The notes: generated by a model not told the origin, from the sequence alone. 64,000 nt of DNA from Dehalococcoidia bacterium (GCA_965220505.1 CBDCQE010000003.1:890106-954105), one strand, 5' to 3'; numbered from the stretch's first letter, positions 25,498-34,247 are shown. Made by a program: numbers and translations.

Positions 25498-25689
25498 TCA
25501 ATCCATTAGCATCCTGGCTATCAAAATCGTCGTGCAGAATCCGAGCACACCTCCGAAGGTGGACACCAAAATCCCCCGCCCAATTTCGTTGATGTTCGTA
25601 GGGCTCCCCACGACCGCCAAGAACGCTGCCACAGCGACCACGATGGCGATAATCACGGCGATTACTAGGACCAGATTTTTGTCTTGCAT
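25498..25689 (-). CDS. small two-TM hypothetical protein
   Basis: Start at ATG 25689 (GAGGTG RBS). 63 aa. Its stop is 1 nt before the next gene's start. Confidence 0.45.
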   Translation of the reverse strand: MQDKNLVLVIAVIIAIVVAVAAFLAVVGSPTNINEIGRGILVSTFGGVLGFCTTILIARMLMD

Positions 25690-25729
25690 GGTGCACCTCG
25701 GGCCTGTGCACAGACCATTCAGCCGTACG

Positions 25730-27064
25730 CTAAACCAGTCCCTCATCGCGCACTTGCGCCAGCGTCGCCTCGAAGGCGGCCAGGGTGGCGTCGATGTCCG
25801 CCTCGGAGTGGGTTGCGGACACCAGGAACGCGCCCCGGCCCATGATGTCGATGCCGTGGTTTTGCAGGCCGCGCTTGATTCCGGTTACCGCCGGCGTGGC
25901 GGCGGCTCGCTTGATCTGCCGGTCGACCTCCGGTCCGAATTCGTTGTCGAAGTCGCCCTCCGCCAGCGTGAAGTGGATCATGGACGCGATGCCGTAGGCG
26001 TGTCCTCCGACCTCCATGCGGGTGAACACCTCGTTGAGGCCCGCCTTGAGCCGGGCCGCCATAGCGTCGGCCTGCTCGTTCATCGGCTCGGCGGCGATGA
26101 GTTCCAGGCAAGTCGCGCCCGCCACCGCCGACAGGGGATTTCCGTTGAACGTCCCTGGATGATAGACGCGCTCGGTGTTGTCCCATTCAGGGTCGCCGCG
26201 TTGGGCGATCATGTCCACGATATCGGCTTTGCCGCCGACGGCGCCGCCGGGAAGGGCACCGGCCACGATCTTGGCCATTGTCGTCAGATCGGGGGTGATC
26301 CCGTAACGGACCTGGGCGCCGCCGGGAGATGCGCGAAACCCGGTGACAACCTCGTCGAAGATCAGGATCACGCCGTGCTGGTCGCAAAGTTGGCGGAGGC
26401 CGGCCAGGTATTGCGGCACGTTGAAAGGGAGCTGCCCGTAGTGTGCCCCGGTGGGCTCCAGGATGATTGCGGCGATGTCGCTGTCACGCTCCATGGCTTG
26501 CTGCACCGCGTTCAGGTTCCCGGCCGGCACGATAATCATGCTGCCCCAGGACTCCGCAGGAATCCCGGGGGCCGGACGATCGGAGCCGGCCATGGCGTAG
26601 TCGTGCCACCCGTGGAAGTGGTCCTGCAGTTTGATGACCTTGTTGCGCCCGGTGTAGGCGCGGGCCAGACGCATCGCCATCAATGTCGCTTCGGTGCCGC
26701 TGCTGTGGAAGCGCACCCTTTCCACGGCCGGCATCAGGTTCATTATCGCCCGGGCCCAGCGCAGTTCCTCATCGGTACACGCTCCGAGGTGGGTGCCCCG
26801 CCGGATCTGCTCCGACACGGCATCCGCGATGGCGGGATGAGAGTGTCCTAACAACAATGCACCGTGGCCGGACACGTAGTCGATGTACTCGTTGCCGTCC
26901 ACGTCCCACTTTCGTGGGCCCTGTCCGTGGGTGATATAGAGAGGAAAGGGTTCGGCGTAACGATTGTCGTGCGTTACCCCTCCCGGGAATATGCCCACGG
27001 CGTCACGATAACGTTCGGCGGAGCCGGCGTGGTTTGCGATGTACTGTTCCAGGATGGTGGGCAT
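25730..27064 (-). CDS. class III aminotransferase (glutamate-1-semialdehyde aminomutase-like)
   Basis: Start at ATG 27064. Motifs SGHGALLLGH, HSSGTEA, FDEVVTGFR, and a PLP lysine in TTMAKIVAG. Confidence 0.85.
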   Translation of the reverse strand: MPTILEQYIANHAGSAERYRDAVGIFPGGVTHDNRYAEPFPLYITHGQGPRKWDVDGNEYIDYVSGHGALLLGHSHPAIADAVSEQIRRGTHLGACTDEELRWARAIMNLMPAVERVRFHSSGTEATLMAMRLARAYTGRNKVIKLQDHFHGWHDYAMAGSDRPAPGIPAESWGSMIIVPAGNLNAVQQAMERDSDIAAIILEPTGAHYGQLPFNVPQYLAGLRQLCDQHGVILIFDEVVTGFRASPGGAQVRYGITPDLTTMAKIVAGALPGGAVGGKADIVDMIAQRGDPEWDNTERVYHPGTFNGNPLSAVAGATCLELIAAEPMNEQADAMAARLKAGLNEVFTRMEVGGHAYGIASMIHFTLAEGDFDNEFGPEVDRQIKRAAATPAVTGIKRGLQNHGIDIMGRGAFLVSATHSEADIDATLAAFEATLAQVRDEGLV

Positions 27065-27228
27065 TTTCCGTCTCCCCATTTGCAATTCATTAGGTGAAGC
27101 CAGCCGGACGTTGGTAGTGCTCCACCCGCCGGCCTCGATTGGTCTTTCGAGCCGGAACCCAGGCGGTCCCGTCGGAATTTACCGCTCGGGTTGAGGCCCA
27201 TTGTAGCACCGGCGTGTGGTTCACACAG

Positions 27229-28563
27229 TTATCGGGCCGGTGTCTCGGTATTCTCGGCCATCAACTCGGGAGGCCGCTTTATGAACAGGAAACACGTGCC
27301 CGCAAGGAAGGCGCAAATCGCTCCGGGGAGGATTGCGTAATCGTAGTCCCCGAAATGGTCTGCCACCCAACCCGCATATACGGGTGATGCTACCAGGGCC
27401 CAGGCGTAGGCGAAGGTGATGTACCCGCGCAGCGTGGCAAACCTGGTGCGGCCATAGTACTCACCAAGCGCGGCCCACACGATCACACCGGCTCCGTCCA
27501 TCATGCCTTCGCACACGATGAACGCTACCACCAACGTGATACCCACTGCCGTCTGCCAGTCCCCCAACCATAGGCACAGGTATCCGATCCCTTCCACCGT
27601 CAGGCTCAGGAACATGATGGTTTTCTTAGATACCCGGTCACCCAGGTAGCCCATTACCAGCCGCGATACGAAGTTGATTGCGGACATCGCACCGATAAGG
27701 TTCGCCGCCATCTGGGTGCTCATGCCCTTGTCTTCAACCATAATCGGGAACAGGCTGATCAGGATACCCAGCGTCGCCATTTGCCGCAGTCCGGCGCCGG
27801 CGAGCAAGAGCCAGTAGGCCTGCGTTCTCAGCGCCTCCCCCACCGTGTAGTCCCGCGTTTCGCGCCGGGCCGCGGGCGAACCGGGGCGAGCAGGAGGCGG
27901 GCGCGTGGCGCCGTCGGGCAACAGTCCCATGTCCTCCGGGCGATTTCTGAACCAGAAACATAGGGGCAGCAGGATAACCGCATAAAACGCCCCCGACGCG
28001 ATCAGGCCCCACCGCAGTCCGGCCCGGTCGATCAGAAGGTTCATCGTCGGAATCAGCGCCAGGCCGCCCAGCGACGCCACGGCGGCCAGTATGGATATCG
28101 CCAGCGCTCGGCGGCGGTGGAACCACTGGTTCAGGCCGGCGAAGCAGGCGTGCTGGAAACCCATGCTGTTTCCCAATGACACCAAGCCCAGATAGATGAG
28201 CGCGAAGCCCCAGAACCCGGGCAGCCAGAAGGCCATGATCAGGTAGCCGACGACGGTGATTATCAATGACGGCACCAGCACCTTGCGGTTCCCGAATTTG
28301 TCGATGAGCCACCCGGCCAACGGACCCTCCAGCCCGCCTTCGGCGCGCGCTATCGAAAAAACCAGGTTCGTTTGCGCCTGGGTAATGCCCAACTGCTCGC
28401 GGATTGGCAGCACCAGAACGCCGAATCCGCGGAAGAAGATGCCGCTGGCGAAGAAACTCATCACCGAAGTGACGACGACCATCCACCAGCCGTAATAGAT
28501 GCGGCCGCCGGACGACACACCTCCCGTGGGCGCTGCGCCCGCTCGTTCCTCTGTCCTAGCCAC
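27229..28563 (-). CDS. MFS transporter
   Basis: 444 aa, about 12 TM helices, IYYGWWMVVV N-terminal motif. Confidence 0.85.
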   Translation of the reverse strand: MARTEERAGAAPTGGVSSGGRIYYGWWMVVVTSVMSFFASGIFFRGFGVLVLPIREQLGITQAQTNLVFSIARAEGGLEGPLAGWLIDKFGNRKVLVPSLIITVVGYLIMAFWLPGFWGFALIYLGLVSLGNSMGFQHACFAGLNQWFHRRRALAISILAAVASLGGLALIPTMNLLIDRAGLRWGLIASGAFYAVILLPLCFWFRNRPEDMGLLPDGATRPPPARPGSPAARRETRDYTVGEALRTQAYWLLLAGAGLRQMATLGILISLFPIMVEDKGMSTQMAANLIGAMSAINFVSRLVMGYLGDRVSKKTIMFLSLTVEGIGYLCLWLGDWQTAVGITLVVAFIVCEGMMDGAGVIVWAALGEYYGRTRFATLRGYITFAYAWALVASPVYAGWVADHFGDYDYAILPGAICAFLAGTCFLFIKRPPELMAENTETPAR

Positions 28564-28727
28564 CAGTTCGACCGTCGACTCACATCAAATTCACCCGGCC
28601 TGCCCGCCGTCGGCGGCCTGGCCGGGTGCACGTACAACGGGCGCCAGTGTACCCTCCGGGTTGTGTTAGGGCAACGCGAAAGAGAATGCGACAAGGCTTC
28701 CAAAGTAACCCGCAGCGTACCAGCCGT

Positions 28728-28736
28728 TGCTATAAT
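28728..28736 (+). promoter_or_regulatory. extended -10 promoter candidate TGCTATAAT
   Basis: Exact 9-mer 36 nt upstream of ATG 28772 (GGAGG RBS). Confidence 0.45.
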
Positions 28737-28771
28737 CGGCCGCAATTCACTCGCACGATTGGAGGCTAACG

Positions 28772-29674
28772 ATGGCTGAGGATTTGTCTGGGCTCCTTGC
28801 CGAAACCGAACTCACGCTGCTCGACGGGAACCAGGTTCGCACTGAAGGCCCCCTGTGGCACCCGGGCGGCTACCTTACCTTTGTGGATCTGCAACGAGAG
28901 CAGTTGCTCAAGTGGGACCCGCAAACGCGAGAGACCACGGTGGTTCGCGAAAACACCGGCGAGGGGAACGGCTGCACTTTGGACCGACAGGGAAATCTCC
29001 TGATGTGTGAAGGCGCGGATCACCGGTGCGTCACCCGCATGGACGCGGACGGCAACGTTAGCTCGATCGCCGACCGTTGGGACGGCAAGCGATTCAACAA
29101 ACCCAACGACGTCATCTGCCGCACCGACGGGACCATCTATTTCACCGACCCGCACCTTCGCTTTCCTGAGGAACTGCGCGAGATCCCGTTCGCCGGCGTG
29201 TACCGTATCGATCCGGCGGGAAACGTGCACCTGGCTACCGACGAGTGCGAGTATTCGAACGGTCTCGCCCTTTCTCCCGACGAATCGGTACTGTACGTCG
29301 CCATCAGCCGGGCGGAGCCGGCGGATTTCGACCGCGAGGAGAACGGGGAATTTTGCCCAAACCGACGTATCCGAGCCTTCGATGTCGCGGCCGACGGGAC
29401 ATTGAGCGGCAATCGGATCCTCATCGAAATGGGGTCAGACGCCCCGGGCGTCCCGGATGGTATGAAAGTGGATATCGACGGCCGGGTCTGGTGCACCGGC
29501 TCGGGCGGAGTGTGGATCGTTTCTCCGGATGGGGAGCGTCTGGGGGTTCTGGAAACCCCGGAAGTTACGCGGAATATCTGCTTCGGCGGAGACGACATGC
29601 GCACGCTGTTCCTGACTTCGGGTCAGTCCCTCTACAGCATCCGCGTGCAAACGCCTGGGATCGGCGCCTTCTGA
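28772..29674 (+). CDS. SMP-30/gluconolactonase/LRE family protein
   Basis: Motifs EGPLWHP, NKPNDV, YFTDP, SNGLALSPDE and PDGMKVD. Confidence 0.85.
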   Translation: MAEDLSGLLAETELTLLDGNQVRTEGPLWHPGGYLTFVDLQREQLLKWDPQTRETTVVRENTGEGNGCTLDRQGNLLMCEGADHRCVTRMDADGNVSSIADRWDGKRFNKPNDVICRTDGTIYFTDPHLRFPEELREIPFAGVYRIDPAGNVHLATDECEYSNGLALSPDESVLYVAISRAEPADFDREENGEFCPNRRIRAFDVAADGTLSGNRILIEMGSDAPGVPDGMKVDIDGRVWCTGSGGVWIVSPDGERLGVLETPEVTRNICFGGDDMRTLFLTSGQSLYSIRVQTPGIGAF

Positions 29675-29833
29675 TCGGGAGCCGTGAGCGCTGGAAAGCG
29701 TTACGCCGACTTCAAAGGCCACCCGCACGAGTTCTACCGGAAGATGGGTTTTGCTATCGCCGGGGTTCTGCCCGACGCAAACGGGCGCGGCAAGCCGGAT
29801 ATCTTCCTCGCCAAATCGGTGGCGCAGCGGTGA
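29675..29833 (+). pseudogene. C-terminal remnant of a GNAT acetyltransferase
   Basis: Same frame as, and directly after, the SMP-30 TGA: ...HEFYRKMGFAIAGVLPDANGRGKPDIFLAKSV*. It has no start codon and lacks the roughly 100 N-terminal residues of a GNAT. Confidence 0.5.
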
Positions 29834-29906
29834 TCTACGCCAAATTGTGGTAAAACAAGACTGAACCCAAGGGATCGCCACACGCAATGATAACGAGGAG
29901 GCTCAA

Positions 29907-30827
29907 ATGACCACCGCCACCAATGTCGTCGGCAACGGCGCGCACACTTACGAATTCGACCGGAACTGGGCCCAGGCGCCCGATGGCATTCCAATGCCAG
30001 CTGCGGCGGTTTTCGGCGACGACGAGGACCGCGTCTATTGCTTCAACCGCAACCCCGACCATCCCATTATGGTTTTCGACAAGGACGGTCAGTTCATCAA
30101 GTCCTGGGGCGCCGGGATGTTCGAGTTCCCCCACGCAATCATCATCGACCAGTGGGGCTACGTGTGGCTCGTAGATCGCAACATGGGCCAGATTTTCAAG
30201 CTCACCAAGGATGGTGAGTTGGTGATGACGATAGGTGAGTACGGTTTCCGGTCTGACACCGGAGCAGACAACACCGCTTTCGATTCCAACTCGTGGCACC
30301 AGGTGGTACGCGGCGCAGATCCGTTCAACATGCCGGCCGGCATCGCGCTGAACGACGACGGCGAAATCTACATCGCCGACGGCTACGCAAACGCCCGGGT
30401 GCACAAGTTCACTCCTACCGGCGAGCACATCTTCTCGTGGGGCGAACCCGGTTCCGGCCCTGGCCAGTTCAACTTGCCGCATGGCGCCTGGATCAACCGC
30501 CAGGGCAATCTGCTGATCGCCGATCGGGAAAACGATCGCGTCCAGGTCTTCAACCAGGACGGCACGCACGTTACTGACTGGCCCAGCAAACTGATTGGCC
30601 CCGCCGTCATCTGCATTGACGACGATGACGTGGCTTACGTGGCGGAACACAATGGCGGCATGCTGAGTATCCTGGATGCGAATGGAGAGCGGCTGGCGCA
30701 GTGGGGAGACCTCACCCACCGCAGCTGCCATGGGGTTTGGGTCGACAGCCAAAAAGATCTGTACGTGGTTGAACCCTATGAGGGAAGCACCGGCCGCACC
30801 GTGGTGAAGTACACTCGCAAGGGTTAG
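29907..30827 (+). CDS. NHL-repeat six-bladed beta-propeller protein (peptidyl-alpha-hydroxyglycine lyase-like)
   Basis: Repeated motifs: PHAIIIDQWGYVWLVDR, PAGIALNDDGEIYIADGYANARVHKF, FNLPHGAWINRQGNLLIADRENDRVQVF. Confidence 0.75.
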   Translation: MTTATNVVGNGAHTYEFDRNWAQAPDGIPMPAAAVFGDDEDRVYCFNRNPDHPIMVFDKDGQFIKSWGAGMFEFPHAIIIDQWGYVWLVDRNMGQIFKLTKDGELVMTIGEYGFRSDTGADNTAFDSNSWHQVVRGADPFNMPAGIALNDDGEIYIADGYANARVHKFTPTGEHIFSWGEPGSGPGQFNLPHGAWINRQGNLLIADRENDRVQVFNQDGTHVTDWPSKLIGPAVICIDDDDVAYVAEHNGGMLSILDANGERLAQWGDLTHRSCHGVWVDSQKDLYVVEPYEGSTGRTVVKYTRKG

Positions 30828-30851
30828 GCTTCGCGCTGCGCACCTTGCACG

Positions 30852-30883
30852 GGGGTGGTTGCATAACCACCCCTTTATTTTTT
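30852..30883 (+). terminator. rho-independent terminator
   Basis: 9-bp stem ggggtggtt/aaccacccc, loop gcat, then tttatttttt, 25 nt after the stop at 30827. Confidence 0.85.
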
Positions 30884-30884
30884 G

Positions 30885-30941
30885 GTGCGAATTCCGTTCA
30901 GCACATTTTTTTGTTTCGCAACGATATTGAACAATTCGCAC
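30885..30941. promoter_or_regulatory. inverted repeat (candidate operator) overlapping the -35 box
   Basis: GTGCGAATTccGTTC ... GAACAATTCGCAC. 13 complementary positions with a 2-nt bulge and a 29-nt spacer. Confidence 0.35.
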
Positions 30942-30957
30942 AATATCTGATTATAAT
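30927..30957 (+). promoter_or_regulatory. sigma70-like promoter candidate (TTGAAC-19 nt-TATAAT)
   Basis: Lies in the only AT-rich intergenic stretch, upstream of 31081. The spacer is 1-2 nt longer than optimal. Confidence 0.35.
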
Positions 30958-31080
30958 GTGCAGCCGAACGTGCACCCGGTCCCGTTGCGGCTTCGCGCCG
31001 CTCCAATCACGATCAGGATTGCGCGCGCATAATAACTTCGGAGATTTGACTCCCAGCACTGATTTAGAGGATGTACAGCA

Positions 31081-31527
31081 ATGGCAACCGTCACGCTCAA
31101 CATCTCCGGCGACAGCCAGGAGGTAATTTCAGTTATCCGTTCCCTGGCAAAGCAACACGAGGGGTCTCACGCTCAGGTCGCAACGGAGCCTCCGATGGTG
31201 ACCGACGGCGCGGCCATAACCAGCGTGGACACCGTGTCACGAGGAAACGCGTGGACCGCCAGCACCGCGCGGGACACTCGGAGCAACGTGTCCGCTGACG
31301 CACAGCGGTTGTTGGACGCCCTGGTGCGCGCCCCCGACCATCAGATGCACATCGACGAAATCTACAGCCAGCTCGAGCTGGACCGTTACGGCTTGATCGG
31401 TGCGCGGCGGTCCATCTCCGCCGCCCTCCGGCGCAACGTGGCCACGGCCGACGCTACCCTGCTTACCACCAGGGACCGGCGCGTTACCCTGAGCAGCGAA
31501 TACGCGGACGCGATCTCAGTAGAGTAG
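31081..31527 (+). CDS. hypothetical protein
   Basis: 148 aa, AGAGGA RBS. The C-terminal half could be helix-turn-helix-like (weak call). Confidence 0.5.
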   Translation: MATVTLNISGDSQEVISVIRSLAKQHEGSHAQVATEPPMVTDGAAITSVDTVSRGNAWTASTARDTRSNVSADAQRLLDALVRAPDHQMHIDEIYSQLELDRYGLIGARRSISAALRRNVATADATLLTTRDRRVTLSSEYADAISVE

Positions 31528-31631
31528 GGTACCTGTGCTTCGGTTAACCGACGATTCTCCCAGCAGCCACGTGGGGACACGTCCTGCGCCGCGTGGCATC
31601 GCGACCGTCAGGGATCAGGGTCGCCGCAGGA

Positions 31632-33083
31632 TCATGCCACCCGCTCCGGCCACACCGGGTCATGATATCCCAGCGGCACCGTGGGCCTTGCCCAGTACGG
31701 TTGCGTTTCGGAAAGCTGAACCGTCGGGGCCAAATGCGTTAGTCGGCCCGCAGGTACGTCGCTGACGGTGCACCACTGACTGATCTCATCGGCGCTGAAA
31801 TCCGAGGCTACGTCGCACAGGCTCGATTCCGGCACCTGTCCCCGGTCTACGAGCCACTTGCCGATTTGTGCCAGGGAAATCCTGACTAGCCAACTCCCGC
31901 CTTCCCGGGCGCGGCGCGCAAGAGCGGTTAACGCGCCGTAGGCCATCAGGTATCCGGTCAGGTAGTCGATCGCGGACACCGGATAAAACTGCGGTCCGGG
32001 TTCGGCTCCAGGGAACAACTGTCCCTGGCGGTCCGTGATGCCGCTAACCGTCTGCACCACCGTATCGAAACCGCGGCGGTCAGCCCACGGTCCGACGCGG
32101 CCGAAAGCGGACAACGAAACGTAGACGATACCCGGCCGGAGTTTCGCCAGGTCTTCCGGAGCGAGACCGCGCTGCGCCAGTGTCCCCGGTCGGTAGCCTT
32201 GCGAGAATACGTCGGCCTGGCTCACCAGATGATGCATTGTAGCGAGGTCCTGCGCGTCCCTGAGATCCAGGCGGGTGGACAACTTGCCGTGTCCGGTGTC
32301 GAATTCCTGGGCCTCACTGCTGGGCAGGTGCTCGGCCGTGACTTTCATAACGTCCGCGCCATGCTCTGCCAACGTGCGGGCGCAAGTGGGGCCGGCCAGG
32401 ACGCGGGTCAGGTCCAGAACGCGGATCCCGGAAAGTGGCCGGGAACCTTCGGGCAGCGGTTCCGGCGGGCTGTCGGCGATCTTATCGATTTCAAGCAGGG
32501 GCAAAGACGCAACGGCGGCTGACTGCGGATGCTGGGCCCATTCGGCCATGGAGCGCACCATCCCGCCGGCTCCTCGGGCGGCAATTATCGCCTCTTCCAG
32601 TTCCAAGGCGTCCCATTTCGCGACGGCTTGCCGTACTGCTTCACGGTCCTCGGGCACGCCCAGCACGCTCAACGCCGCTTCCCGATGATTGGGAAAGTTG
32701 CAGTGCAGGTAGCTCCACCGGCCGTTCCTGGCGGGATAGACTCCCATTACGGATGGCCGCTCTCCGGCTGCCGGCGCGCCGTTCAGCATCATGTACCTGC
32801 TGCTGCGCAAGGATGCCGTAGCGTGCCGGGCGTCCACCGCGATGTCCTGTCGCCGGCCGGTGCGGGTCTCCCACAGGTCGGAGACTGCCAGTCCGACGGC
32901 GGCCAGGCTTGCTGCGGCCGCTTCGCCGATGCGGAAAGGAGTTGGCAGGATCGGGTCGACCCCACCGGTGAACGAAACTCGCGAAGCCTGCGCCGGATCG
33001 CAGCCCGGAATGGTGAGCAAGGTTGATAGAATTTGATCAGCCACTACGAAATCCTTTGCTTTGCGCCTTTCTGGAATTTTCAC
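31632..33083 (-). CDS. family III CoA-transferase (CaiB/BaiF-like) with an atypical N-terminal about 200 aa
   Basis: GIRVLDLTRVLAGPTCARTLAEHGADVMKV lies near residue 210. Catalytic-Asp block RGFDTVVQTVSG. Confidence 0.8.
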   Translation of the reverse strand: MKIPERRKAKDFVVADQILSTLLTIPGCDPAQASRVSFTGGVDPILPTPFRIGEAAAASLAAVGLAVSDLWETRTGRRQDIAVDARHATASLRSSRYMMLNGAPAAGERPSVMGVYPARNGRWSYLHCNFPNHREAALSVLGVPEDREAVRQAVAKWDALELEEAIIAARGAGGMVRSMAEWAQHPQSAAVASLPLLEIDKIADSPPEPLPEGSRPLSGIRVLDLTRVLAGPTCARTLAEHGADVMKVTAEHLPSSEAQEFDTGHGKLSTRLDLRDAQDLATMHHLVSQADVFSQGYRPGTLAQRGLAPEDLAKLRPGIVYVSLSAFGRVGPWADRRGFDTVVQTVSGITDRQGQLFPGAEPGPQFYPVSAIDYLTGYLMAYGALTALARRAREGGSWLVRISLAQIGKWLVDRGQVPESSLCDVASDFSADEISQWCTVSDVPAGRLTHLAPTVQLSETQPYWARPTVPLGYHDPVWPERVA

Positions 33084-33104
33084 GTGTACTCGGTTTCGTA
33101 AATT

Positions 33105-33211
33105 GTCAGAATCAGGATTTGTCGGATTTCAGGATTAGCAGGATTGGGTTGGCTAGCGCATTGGCGTCAGCATCCTGAAAATCCGATAATCGTGGAAATC
33201 CTGATTCTGAC
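33105..33211. repeat. MITE-like inverted-repeat element
   Basis: Perfect 16-nt termini gtcagaatcaggattt / aaatcctgattctgac. Internal GGATT/AATCC-rich arms. Confidence 0.75.
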
Positions 33212-33381
33212 TATCTCCCGAAAGTGGGTACGGATAATGCTGGAACTTGACGATCATATTACACCAAAAGATCAAGGCCCAATGATTTTGAAAGAGCGCG
33301 CGTTGTCGGTCTGGGGCTACCCGTGTATATTGTTTGCATCGTGGGGCGGAGCGGACCGTATGATCGGTCAGGGTAAGAGCA

Positions 33382-33771
33382 TTGCAAGATAACGCGATCA
33401 GCCTGGGCTCCTGGGACATTACCTCCGAAGCAGTCCGCGAATACCTTTCGGCCGTCGGCGACGATCTGCCGCTGTACATGGACTCGCAATGCGCTCCTCC
33501 GATCATGCTTGCTGCCCGCGTCGTGGCTTTGTTGTTGGAACGCTTGTCGTTGCCCGACGGCGCGATCCATAGTCTGCAGGATCTGGAAACCGTGGATGCG
33601 TTGCGCGTCGGTTCCACGGTTTCCGCGGTGGCCTGCCTTGAACCGGTACGCGAGCGCGGCGGAATGAGGTTTCTTACCGTCAATTACACGGTCTCCGACG
33701 AACCCACGGGCTCGGATTTAATGAATGGTCGCACCACCGTGCTGCTTCCCGCAGATGAGAGCGACGAATAG
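33382..33771 (+). CDS. hotdog-fold protein (MaoC N-terminal-like dehydratase subunit)
   Basis: 129 aa, TTG start, lying 11 nt upstream of a MaoC-like partner. The call rests on size and context. Confidence 0.5.
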   Translation: MQDNAISLGSWDITSEAVREYLSAVGDDLPLYMDSQCAPPIMLAARVVALLLERLSLPDGAIHSLQDLETVDALRVGSTVSAVACLEPVRERGGMRFLTVNYTVSDEPTGSDLMNGRTTVLLPADESDE

Positions 33772-33782
33772 ACAGAGCCGAT

Positions 33783-34247
33783 ATGCCTGCTGACGCTTCA
33801 ACACACGAACCCTCGCAATTCGACGTGGGCTACGCGATCGCCCCGGTGCGACGCGTCGTCAGTCGAGAAAATATTGATGCCTACCGATCGGCTTCGGGCG
33901 ACCACAACCGTATCCACTACGATGATGAATTTGCGGCGGCCAGCCGTTTCGAGGGCGTCATCGCCCACGGTATGCTGACTTTGGCCATGATCTCCGAAAT
34001 GATGGCGGGCGAGTACGGTTCCTGCTGGCTGCGGTCAGGTAGCCTGCGCGTCAGGTTCCGTGGTGCGGCGCATCCTGGAGATCTTCTGGAAGCTGTCGGT
34101 GCGGTGACCAAGAGCGAATCGGCCGCTGACGGCAGCCGCGTAACTTGCAACGTAGAGCTTCTGAACGTTGATAATGGAAACAGAATCATCACCGGGTCGG
34201 CGACCGTGGTGTTGAGTCCGGCAGATATGAGGGAAAGGGCGGAATGA
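33783..34247 (+). CDS. MaoC-like (R)-hydratase/dehydratase
   Basis: SGDHNRIHYDDEFA and IAHGML motifs. Confidence 0.8.
   Translation: MPADASTHEPSQFDVGYAIAPVRRVVSRENIDAYRSASGDHNRIHYDDEFAAASRFEGVIAHGMLTLAMISEMMAGEYGSCWLRSGSLRVRFRGAAHPGDLLEAVGAVTKSESAADGSRVTCNVELLNVDNGNRIITGSATVVLSPADMRERAE

Noticed and set aside
29835-30941. 368-aa antisense ORF, and similar long shadow ORFs (7212-8600, 12738-13808, 17598-18776, 25532-26851, 36048-37193, 37536-38987, 50609-51673, 57637-58875)
   Set aside because: Each lies opposite or out of frame to a gene with clear family motifs. They have no motifs of their own and show the Arg/Gly/Pro/His-rich composition expected of non-coding frames in high-GC DNA.
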